NCBI GenBank assembly: GCA_030652805.1
Contig: JAUSPT010000032.1
Span: forward strand, 6,973-70,972
Direction: 5' to 3'
DNA from: a bacterium
GTDB taxonomy: Bacteria > JAHJDO01
DNA: 64,000 nucleotides
Shown here: positions 39,881-51,597 of the stretch, piece by piece
Layout: each line of letters begins with the position of its first letter
Numbering within the stretch: position 1 is the first letter of the stretch
Program-made: the position numbers and the translations under genes
Notes under the pieces: generated by a model
Seen by the model: only the letters and a program-made list of their open reading frames with translations
Databases searched by the model: none
What the model was told of the DNA's origin: nothing

Positions 39881-40856
39881 GATCTCTTGTTTTTTTGTGG
39901 CTGGATATGTCTTGAATAATGCCGAACAAACGAGTTGCCTTATGGTTTTCATCCATTATCAACCACGATTGTATACGGATTGGAAATACGGTTCCGTCTT
40001 TTCTGATATATTCCTTTTCATACACGCCTGAGTACCCTGTTTTCATAACTTTCTTAAAAAGATCATTTTCCATTGCGTGCCATTTTGAAGGTGTGAGTTC
40101 CTGATAAGTAATGGACTTAATTTCTTCAGATGTATACCCGAGCATTTTAAGATAATTCCTATTGGCTTCGATAGTAATGCCATCTAAAGAATTGATAACT
40201 ATACCTTCGTCTTTGTACTTCCTAAGTTCATTAAGAAGAATGTTGTAACTATCAACATTCATTAATAAGCCAGGTCCCAATTCCTTGATTTCTTTAAGAA
40301 GTTTTTGAGAGGATTCAATACTCAAGTTACTATAGTTGATCTCTTTGATGTAGTATCCACTACCGACAACCCATCCGAATGGTTTAAACAGGAGTACGTA
40401 TGATCTCTTGGGTTGAGCTGTGGTCTGTCCCTTCCTCGGAAACCAGTACTCGACATACCCGCCACCAGCTTTGCCTTTTGTCAGGAATCTCTTTATGTAG
40501 AACGTGCCCTGATGGTCTCTGTCCTCAAGTCGATTCCTTCCCTCCACATCTTTTCGGCCGTACAAAACCACATTGACGCCTTCAGTCGTATCGGCCCAAA
40601 AATATCCTTCGGTACCGTACTTAAGTTCTCGCAGAAGGTCGGCACCAAGCTTCTTTGCCTGCTTAAGGTTCATTTCCCCCTGTTGATGTTTTGTGAAAAT
40701 TGCCTGAAGCATGCTGACCGCTGTTTCGACCTCATGCTTGATCAGCAGGTCCTGAGCCGACGAATTTTTCAGCTTTTCAATCTGCGTACAAGCCGGCAGA
40801 CAAAAAAATGAAATACTCAGAAGAACCACAAACATTGTCATCTTTGCCCTTTTCAT
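39873..40856 (-). CDS. Cache (sCache_2-like) + PAS domain protein without output domain
   Basis: Start at MKRAKM, preceded by an AAGGAGGAAGT ribosome-binding site. Signal/lipobox LPAC, then a Cache-like region (YFWADTTEGVNVV...GGGYVEYWF) and a C-terminal PAS domain. Confidence 0.55.
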   Translation of the reverse strand: MKRAKMTMFVVLLSISFFCLPACTQIEKLKNSSAQDLLIKHEVETAVSMLQAIFTKHQQGEMNLKQAKKLGADLLRELKYGTEGYFWADTTEGVNVVLYGRKDVEGRNRLEDRDHQGTFYIKRFLTKGKAGGGYVEYWFPRKGQTTAQPKRSYVLLFKPFGWVVGSGYYIKEINYSNLSIESSQKLLKEIKELGPGLLMNVDSYNILLNELRKYKDEGIVINSLDGITIEANRNYLKMLGYTSEEIKSITYQELTPSKWHAMENDLFKKVMKTGYSGVYEKEYIRKDGTVFPIRIQSWLIMDENHKATRLFGIIQDISSHKKTRDHE

Positions 40857-40908
40857 ACTTCCTCCTTTTTTATTGTTGAGTTGTTCAATGTCGCCTGCAT
40901 CCGTCTTG

Positions 40909-41421
40909 TTATGCTCCTTTTTTAAGCTTAATATTTTGTGTGTTTTGAATATAGTCAGATGCACAAATCATATATTTTTCAAAATTTTCAACGTCAGAAA
41001 ATTCGTTCCCATCACTTCCATATTTACGAATCAACTCTTGACGGTTTTTCATCTCAGAGCGGTCAAGCCATTGTTTGTCAAACAAAACTCCATAGATGAG
41101 ATACGTGGTCATTATCAATCTAATCATCAATTCTCGAATGCGTTTGTTTTGAGTGATTGCTTCTACAGCTTTTGGCTCAATGAGATTTTTGATAGTGTCA
41201 ACCTTGCTTTGAACATCTGGTTGTAGGCTATCATAGACTTTGACAAAATCATCACCCATCAAATAATTAACAACTTGTATTGCAAGAACCTTTGCAGAGT
41301 CTGGAGTCATCTGTGTTCCATACTGAGATGCCAGATCTAGGTATAGACAAAATCTAAGTTTCGAATCTAAATTCGCAATTGCATTGAGTTGGCTACGAAA
41401 ATTCTTTTTTAACCGAAACAT
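40909..41421 (-). CDS. hypothetical protein
   Basis: 170 aa ORF. No recognisable motifs. Confidence 0.4.
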   Translation of the reverse strand: MFRLKKNFRSQLNAIANLDSKLRFCLYLDLASQYGTQMTPDSAKVLAIQVVNYLMGDDFVKVYDSLQPDVQSKVDTIKNLIEPKAVEAITQNKRIRELMIRLIMTTYLIYGVLFDKQWLDRSEMKNRQELIRKYGSDGNEFSDVENFEKYMICASDYIQNTQNIKLKKGA

Positions 41422-41636
41422 ATAAATATCTTCAAATATAGGTAAATATCAAATTGTCAGCATAACAATTAACATATGAAATCCACGTTTTTTGCTTCTT
41501 TATTATAAAACTACCCGAAATATATCAAATTTTTATTGATTTAGTCAAATCAATTCCCGCTAACTTCTATATTTGCAATACAATACCAGTAAAAACGGAT
41601 TCCATATATCCTGGCTGTTGTGGCAGACTACCATTG

Positions 41637-42517
41637 TTACCCTCTTGGATGAAACTTCTGGTGAACTTCTCTGAGGCGGGCTCTGTCTATGTGAGTATAA
41701 ATTTGTGTGGTGGAAATATCTACATGACCAAGCATTTCCTGAACAGACCTTAGATCCGCGCCATGGGAGAGAAGATGTGTGGCAAAACAGTGCCTTAGTG
41801 TGTGAACTGTTATCTCTTTATTCATGCCCATTAATACGGAGTACCTTTTTATTATTTTCCATATCCCCTGTCTTGTATATCTTCTGCCAAGCCGGGTTAT
41901 GAAAAGCATATTGCTGTTACCTCTGGCAACATATTTGCTTCTTACTGCATCTATGTATTTTTTAACAGCTTTTTGAGCTTTTCTGCCAACAGGTATAATG
42001 CGCTCCTTTGAGCCCTTGCCAATACATTTCAGATACCCTTCGTGCAAATCTATATTATCAATAGGGAGATTGATAAGCTCTGATACCCTCATACCTGTAG
42101 CATAGAGGAGCTCAAGTATTGCTTTATCTTTTATTCCCTGTTCTTTATTATCTGGCAAAGCCAATAATCTCTCTACTTCATCCTGAGAAAGCACTTCTGG
42201 TAAAGACAAACCTGTTTTTGGAGAATCTAAATTTAGAGTAGGATCATCGTTTATTACATCTTCATTAACCAGAAACTTATAAAACATTCTTATAGCAACT
42301 AGATTTCTTGAAATGGAACGTATGGCAAGCTTGCTTTTTCTAAGATAAATAAGATAGGCTATTATATCTCTGGGACCTACACCTTCTATGCTGACACTAG
42401 ATTTTTTATCCAAAAAGCCTAAGAATTTAGTTAAGTCTCTCCTGTAAGCCTCTAATGTGTTAGCAGCGAGCCCTCGTTCTACTGAAAGATAATCTATAAA
42501 CTGGTCAAGTAATTGAT

Positions 42518-42521
<4 letters not shown>
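41637..42521 (-). CDS. tyrosine recombinase XerC/XerD
   Basis: 294 aa. N-terminal SAM-like domain and a C-terminal R..HxxR..Y catalytic domain (HTLRHCFATHLL ... TQIYTH). Confidence 0.85.
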
Positions 42522-45876
<3,355 letters not shown>

Positions 45877-45882
45877 ACAATA

Positions 45883-46866
45883 TCATTCCATGCTTTTTCT
45901 CAGTTCATCTATAGACACTGTGGCTGTTCCAAGCTTCCCAACAACAATACCTGCAGCATGATTTGCAATATATGCAGATTCATACATTGATGCTTTATTT
46001 CCAAGACACAATGCAAGCACTCCAACAACTGTATCTCCTGCTCCGGTTACATCAAAAACCTCTTTTGCAACAGTTGGAATATTGGCTACTTTGCCGTCTC
46101 TTTCAAAAAGGGACATTCCCTTCTCTCCGCGAGTGATTAATATTGAATTTGCCTGTAATAACTTTAATAAACTCTTCCCTACCCGCACTAAACTTTGTTC
46201 ATCCTTTATCTCTGTTTTAAGACTCTCTCCCGCTTCATGATTATTTGGTGTTATCATAGTTACGTTCTTGTAATATGTAAGATGTCTTGGTATAGGGTCA
46301 ACAATAATTGGATAATTAAATTCTCTGTTCAACTTTATAATTTGTTTAACTAGATACCGTGTTACAATGCCCTTCCCGTAATCAGATATGACAATGGCAG
46401 AAATTTCACGCATATTGGATTTGATATATGCAAGTATTCTTTTTGCTTCTGTAGACTTAATCTGGCTGACAAATTCCTTATCTGTCCTGACAACTTGCTG
46501 ATGTTGAGCAATGATTCTTGTCTTCACTATAGTTGGTCTTTTCTTGCTTAGAATAATTCCATCCTCATTCATGCCCTGTTTCTTTACCAACTGCAGAAAT
46601 TCTTCTCCTGCAATATCGTCTCCAATAATTCCTGTAATTAATGCCTCTGCACCAAGTGCACATATATTATTTGCAACATTAGATGCGCCACCCATCATAA
46701 TAGATTCGGAGCTGATTTTAACAACAGGCACAGGCGCTTCTGGGGAAATGCGCTCCACAGTGCCCCAGACAAATCTATCAAGCATCAGATCGCCTACAAC
46801 AAGCACTTTTGTGCTCTTAAACCCTGCTATCACGTGTCTCAACTGGTTTATATCTATACCTTTCAT
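45883..46866 (-). CDS. D-glycero-beta-D-manno-heptose-7-phosphate kinase (RfaE domain I / HldE kinase domain)
   Basis: 327 aa PfkB-family kinase. N-terminus KVLVVGDLMLDRFVWG is typical of RfaE domain I. C-terminal GAGD motif present. Confidence 0.7.
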   Translation of the reverse strand: MKGIDINQLRHVIAGFKSTKVLVVGDLMLDRFVWGTVERISPEAPVPVVKISSESIMMGGASNVANNICALGAEALITGIIGDDIAGEEFLQLVKKQGMNEDGIILSKKRPTIVKTRIIAQHQQVVRTDKEFVSQIKSTEAKRILAYIKSNMREISAIVISDYGKGIVTRYLVKQIIKLNREFNYPIIVDPIPRHLTYYKNVTMITPNNHEAGESLKTEIKDEQSLVRVGKSLLKLLQANSILITRGEKGMSLFERDGKVANIPTVAKEVFDVTGAGDTVVGVLALCLGNKASMYESAYIANHAAGIVVGKLGTATVSIDELRKSME

Positions 46867-47393
46867 GCCTTGAATCCTCTCTCTAATGCCTTAACATTTA
46901 TTGGGATAAGATTATGTCTCCTGGGAGGAAGGATTTTTTCTAAAGCTGACTTTAGAAAATCCAGCTTTACCTCACCAGTTTCCCTCGCAAATGCTCCTAA
47001 AACAATCATATTTGCTACCTTCAGATTCTCAAGCCCAATTGCCATATCATTTGCAGGAACTTCTACAACTCTTATTTTAGTCCTTATATCCTTATTTATT
47101 TTTACCAGACTACTGTTCGCAATTATGAGTCCATCATTCAAAACAAGTTTGGAAAATTTATCCAATGATGCCTGGTTCATTACAATAAGCGTATCCGGAT
47201 GTGATATAAATGGAGAAGCTATTTCTCTTTCCGATATAATAACTGAGCAATTTGCAGTTCCTCCACGCATTTCCGGCCCGTATGAAGGAAGAGAGGTAAC
47301 GTGTTTACCTTCTTTCATGCCGGCATATGCCAGCATCTTACCCATTGACACTATTCCCTGCCCGCCAAAACCTGCTACAAGAATCCGCTGCAT
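46863..47393 (-). CDS. porG: pyruvate/2-oxoacid:ferredoxin oxidoreductase gamma subunit
   Basis: 176 aa. GFGGQG motif. Confidence 0.85.
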   Translation of the reverse strand: MQRILVAGFGGQGIVSMGKMLAYAGMKEGKHVTSLPSYGPEMRGGTANCSVIISEREIASPFISHPDTLIVMNQASLDKFSKLVLNDGLIIANSSLVKINKDIRTKIRVVEVPANDMAIGLENLKVANMIVLGAFARETGEVKLDFLKSALEKILPPRRHNLIPINVKALERGFKA

Positions 47394-47411
47394 CTAAAAA
47401 CCACCTTTCAT

Positions 47412-47484
47412 GTCATTGCGAGTCAAAGGCGAAGCAATCTCGTCTTCTGGGATTACTTCGTCGCTAATACTTCTCGTAATGACA
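47412..47484. repeat. Imperfect 73-nt palindrome made of two inverted copies of a conserved motif (GTCATTGCGAG-N4-6-GCGAAGCAATC)
   Basis: Direct copy at 47412-47440 and an inverted, more diverged copy at 47450-47484. A third direct copy lies at 59655-59682. Sits between the porG start and the island. Confidence 0.55.
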
Positions 47485-47511
47485 TCTTTAATCATATTCT
47501 AAAAATTAAGT

Positions 47512-48195
47512 TTAAATTTTCTGCATAATGAACAGTTGCTTAAACCCTCGTAAATAAAAGTTGAATTCTCTTGCTCGTTTATGCCAAATTCCTGTATTGG
47601 ATGTTTGATTGTGCCGTGTAACACATATCATATCAACTGGTTTAAAATATTTTTCTAAAATAGCATACATTTGGAAACCAACTGGGATAAATCCAGTTTT
47701 TTTGCGCCAGTGGTCTCCAATAAGCCATGCCATATACTTTCCTATTTTTAAAATCCGATGCGTTTCCTTTGCAACTTTTCCTAATTCTTCAAAGAATTTT
47801 GTGCTTTCGCAAGAAATGTTACCAATATTATCAGGGTGTTCATTATATTTTATATTATCCGAATAAGGCGAATCAATAAAAACAAAATCTGCGACTTCAT
47901 TATCCAATGGTAATTTTCTAGCATCAGCTTGTTTTATATCTGCTCTGTAAGGCACTATATCAAATCCTAGCACCTCTCGATTTTCTTCCTTACAAACATC
48001 GATAGTAGTTCCACTTCCACACATAGGGTCAACCACCAAATCTCCTTCTTTTGTGTACCTTTGAAGTAAGTTCCAGACAATAAATGCAGGCGTAACACCT
48101 GGATATTTATTATTACCGTGTGGTTTATCCCCATAATTTTGGGTTGGAAAATCCCATAATGTTGTTGTTTCGAATGATGGGGTGGTATTTTTCAT
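47512..48195 (-). CDS. DNA amino-methyltransferase (N6-adenine or N4-cytosine)
   Basis: 227 aa. AdoMet motif I DPMCGSGTT followed by catalytic motif IV DSPY. Confidence 0.8.
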   Translation of the reverse strand: MKNTTPSFETTTLWDFPTQNYGDKPHGNNKYPGVTPAFIVWNLLQRYTKEGDLVVDPMCGSGTTIDVCKEENREVLGFDIVPYRADIKQADARKLPLDNEVADFVFIDSPYSDNIKYNEHPDNIGNISCESTKFFEELGKVAKETHRILKIGKYMAWLIGDHWRKKTGFIPVGFQMYAILEKYFKPVDMICVTRHNQTSNTGIWHKRAREFNFYLRGFKQLFIMQKI

Positions 48196-48196
48196 G

Positions 48197-49477
48197 TCAC
48201 CACCTTATATTTTTATCAAAAACCTTTTGCACTATGAATAAAAGTAATTTGTTAATTTCTATAAAAGTATTTTGTTCACTTTCACTTAGGTTGCTAACAC
48301 TACTTTTCTCTGCTTCCTTTGTGTGAACAACATTATTTCTAATTAAATAAATAATATCTGACAATAGATTAGCCATTTTATCTTTATCCCAGTTATTCGG
48401 CTCTATATCATTTTTGTTTATAACATCTTCACAAAATTTCTTAAAATTCTGAATTTTTGCAAATTCTTCCTTTATAAAAGGGAAATCATTTGAAATATCT
48501 TCAATTACTAATTTCAGCATCCCTCTTTCGCTTTTAGCATTTTCAATCTGTTTAAATTCTTTTTTAGTTTTAAGCTCCTTAAGGCCTTTTATATAATTAT
48601 AAAAGTATTTATAAAAATAAGACTCCAAAGCATGATATAGTTCCAGAAATTGATAACTTGGATCTAAGTTTTCCATTGCTGATATATAAAATTTTAGTGA
48701 GTCAATATTATATTGTTTTTTGTTTGATAATAACAAGGAATCCGTAGCTTTATCGTAGATTTCATTAATGTTTTGTGGCATATTTATTTTAAAAGGAGTG
48801 CGTGTCTTACGTTCAGTAAGTCCTAGGTCGGTACATAACCTGTATAATAACTTTTCTTGTAAAGTTTCTTTATCTTTTTTTACCTTTAAAATATATTTCA
48901 TGGGCTTAAACAAGGAACAAAAATTAATGTATATGTCAGTATCTACACTGAAAACATAATGATTCCTAATAAGCCTTTCTCTAAGTTGAAAAATATAGAT
49001 AGGCAATACCTCCTTTGGATAATATAAGTCTTCTTTACTATCTTCATTTATGAAGAAATATCCCCAGCAATATCTCCTTTTGGATAGAGAACTTTTGGAC
49101 AGAGGGAATAAGTCTGAGTTCTCTTCATCTTTTAAATTCACAAGAGGAGATTCTTTTAGTTCCAGATAAATATAGTTATTTAACTCTAATCTTTGACCAA
49201 TAGGTTTAGCGAACTCAATTGCAGTTTTGTTTAAGAATAAAATATCAAATATAGGTTTAGAGAATTTAATCTTTAACTTTGAAAAATCAACTCCATACTC
49301 TTTATTATCTCTTTTGTAGACAGCACTCTTTAGGGAGTCCAAGAATTCTGGTTTACTTTTCCACAAGCTATCTATTATCTCTTGAGGATACAAGGATATA
49401 ACTTCAGAGTAGAACTTTATAGCCTTTTGTTCATTTATATTGACCATGGACATTATCCTTGAGTTGCCCTTTGCCAT
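48197..49477 (-). CDS. hypothetical protein with C-terminal Rx4H motif (candidate HEPN-like or His-Me-finger nuclease effector)
   Basis: 426 aa, no recognisable domain overall. C-terminal LIRNNVVHTKEAE...N...N. Its reading frame overlaps both neighbours. Confidence 0.4.
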   Translation of the reverse strand: MAKGNSRIMSMVNINEQKAIKFYSEVISLYPQEIIDSLWKSKPEFLDSLKSAVYKRDNKEYGVDFSKLKIKFSKPIFDILFLNKTAIEFAKPIGQRLELNNYIYLELKESPLVNLKDEENSDLFPLSKSSLSKRRYCWGYFFINEDSKEDLYYPKEVLPIYIFQLRERLIRNHYVFSVDTDIYINFCSLFKPMKYILKVKKDKETLQEKLLYRLCTDLGLTERKTRTPFKINMPQNINEIYDKATDSLLLSNKKQYNIDSLKFYISAMENLDPSYQFLELYHALESYFYKYFYNYIKGLKELKTKKEFKQIENAKSERGMLKLVIEDISNDFPFIKEEFAKIQNFKKFCEDVINKNDIEPNNWDKDKMANLLSDIIYLIRNNVVHTKEAEKSSVSNLSESEQNTFIEINKLLLFIVQKVFDKNIRW

Positions 49478-50661
49478 ATCATCTCGAAGTTATTTTCACC
49501 TCCAAGGAATTCATTAAATCCATGAAAGAAAAAGTTTCTAAGGGTAATACCGATCTTTTTTGATCGGGCTTCTTCATCTTCAAGAATATTGCTTAGAATT
49601 CTGAGTTTTAATGGGTCTTCAATATTTTCATCAAAAATTCTGAAGAATTCGCTTTTCCTACTTTCGTAATTTTCATTATTTCTATTTCTATAGTTCCCAC
49701 ATGACGCGAAAAATCCTGACAAAAAAGGTGCAGAATTCATAAAACCGTTTCTTGATGTCCACTCTAACGATTTTTCATTTCCAAAATCATCTGACTCTTT
49801 CATTCTTTCCCTATACTTCTTCCAAAGTTTCTCATCTAAATTAAATAATAAATTTGAGAATTGTTCTATATCATCGTCACTGCACAATTTCAATGTATCT
49901 GAATGTTCTTCAATAAATCGCATCCTTTCCAGTTCTGCCACAACTATATTTGTTTTATCCACTATTGGATCACGAGTATTAAAAGCAGTAAGAGCTTCAA
50001 CTATGTTTGCAAAACTATACTGATATGGTTTTTTTGAAGGAGAAGAATCTTTGTACGTAGAAAATCTCATATCTTCTATTCCACGTTTTGTGGCAATATT
50101 TGATATCGCTTCTTTAAGTGGTATATATAGAATTTCGAGTTGATGGCGCATACTCATTTTAAATTGTCCTGTATTTAATACCAATATCTTATACAAGAGA
50201 GCGTTTGTTTTTATAGAGTACCACAACTCAGCTCTTATTCTCGAACTTTTGAAGTGCTTTAATTTTTCAGGTTTATCTTTCAATTCGTCAATTACATTTA
50301 AAATACAATATGTTCTTTGCAAACCATCTAATATTGAAAGCGATTTCTCATTTACTTTATCGTTTATTATATCTTCTATTCTTTTCGTATCTTCAATATC
50401 CTTTATGCTATCTGAAAATTCTCTGCTTGCCACCAATGAAAGTGGGGGCATAATTGTATTGCTTTTTAAATCTTCTTTTAAACGATTATAGACATCATTT
50501 TTTCTGGAAATAACTTTCCCTCTCTGTATGGGCAAATTCTCTAAATTGTTTTTGACTAATTCAATGTAGTTACCGATACCTATATCTATTAGCAAACATT
50601 TTCCACTTACTTTCTTATCTTCCTTTAAGTCAAATACTCTAATTTTATTATTTATGCCCAT
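49453..50661 (-). CDS. DUF262 (ParB/Srx-fold, GmrS/DndB-like) domain protein
   Basis: 402 aa. N-terminal LPIQRGKV (P-x-Q-R) and LDGLQR (the DGQQR/DGQHR motif) are typical of DUF262. No attached DUF1524. Confidence 0.6.
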   Translation of the reverse strand: MGINNKIRVFDLKEDKKVSGKCLLIDIGIGNYIELVKNNLENLPIQRGKVISRKNDVYNRLKEDLKSNTIMPPLSLVASREFSDSIKDIEDTKRIEDIINDKVNEKSLSILDGLQRTYCILNVIDELKDKPEKLKHFKSSRIRAELWYSIKTNALLYKILVLNTGQFKMSMRHQLEILYIPLKEAISNIATKRGIEDMRFSTYKDSSPSKKPYQYSFANIVEALTAFNTRDPIVDKTNIVVAELERMRFIEEHSDTLKLCSDDDIEQFSNLLFNLDEKLWKKYRERMKESDDFGNEKSLEWTSRNGFMNSAPFLSGFFASCGNYRNRNNENYESRKSEFFRIFDENIEDPLKLRILSNILEDEEARSKKIGITLRNFFFHGFNEFLGGENNFEMIWQRATQG

Positions 50662-50917
50662 TTTTCACTCCTTTTAAAGTTTTCTCCTTACTGTTTTTGT
50701 CCCAATTATAATAAGTCTCCATTACTTTGTTATACATCTCACTTTCAAATCTTTCATCCCTTTTGGCACCAAGAATATTGCTCAAATGGACTTGTGCAAA
50801 AAGTAAATACTCTCTCCGTTTGATAACGTCTGGTGGATATGGTGTAAAATTGGGTCTATTAACAAAGAGTTCATAGTCAATTTTCTTGAATTCTTGCTCA
50901 ATTTGTTTCTTGGTCAT
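50648..50917 (-). CDS. small hypothetical protein
   Basis: 89 aa ORF whose frame overlaps both neighbours within the island operon. Confidence 0.4.
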   Translation of the reverse strand: MTKKQIEQEFKKIDYELFVNRPNFTPYPPDVIKRREYLLFAQVHLSNILGAKRDERFESEMYNKVMETYYNWDKNSKEKTLKGVKNGHK

Positions 50918-51593
50918 TTTTTATTCTCTCCTTCAATAATAATTTTTTTAAATCTTGAAATATTTGATTAAAATTCTTTACCTTTTTGCTTTCTTCGATG
51001 TCTCTGAATATATATGAACCGTCTAACTCGTATTCAGCAATTATTCTGCTTTTCGTTATATCTTTATCTTTGTAAGTAAATATCGTATCATTATCAGTAG
51101 AGACAAGCACTATTTTTATATCCTTCGTTATTTTGCTTGTTCTTAATTTCAACTTCCAATAAGCAGCCTGTGCAACTCTTTCTCTCAGACTGGCCTTACA
51201 TGAAATAATCATTTTTACAGAACAGTCACTTTTATTATAGACTATTATGTCAGCATCAGGTACTACTGAGTGTTTATCATAAAACACTTCCACATTTCTA
51301 CGTACTTTATCTAATTTCTCATTCAGCTTTTTCCTTGAAAGTCTGTTATCGTTTGTTATACCAATATTCTCGTCTAAATTTTGGATAAAATCCTTAACAA
51401 TGAAAGTTATCAACTTTTGCAGATTATGCCCACTCCAGCTATTCCATGCTTGATTAGGATCTTTTCCTCTCCTCATAGCTTCACTTTTGTACTTTTTTTT
51501 AATATCAGAGAATATCTTACTCACGAAATTAAAGTCATTTGGACTTTTCTCCCTTTCCATTAAATATATTTTTTTCAAGTCCTTAAAAGTCAT
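50898..51593 (-). CDS. candidate PD-(D/E)xK restriction endonuclease
   Basis: 231 aa. VPDADIIVYN...KMIISCK resembles a PD-x(n)-(D/E/S)xK catalytic core. Lies directly downstream of a methyltransferase. Confidence 0.45.
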   Translation of the reverse strand: MTFKDLKKIYLMEREKSPNDFNFVSKIFSDIKKKYKSEAMRRGKDPNQAWNSWSGHNLQKLITFIVKDFIQNLDENIGITNDNRLSRKKLNEKLDKVRRNVEVFYDKHSVVPDADIIVYNKSDCSVKMIISCKASLRERVAQAAYWKLKLRTSKITKDIKIVLVSTDNDTIFTYKDKDITKSRIIAEYELDGSYIFRDIEESKKVKNFNQIFQDLKKLLLKERIKNDQETN

Positions 51594-51597
51594 AATC

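Noticed and set aside
47609-47866. 85-aa plus-strand ORF inside the island
   Set aside because: Antisense to the methyltransferase gene, whose DPMCGSGTT and DSPY motifs fix the coding strand.
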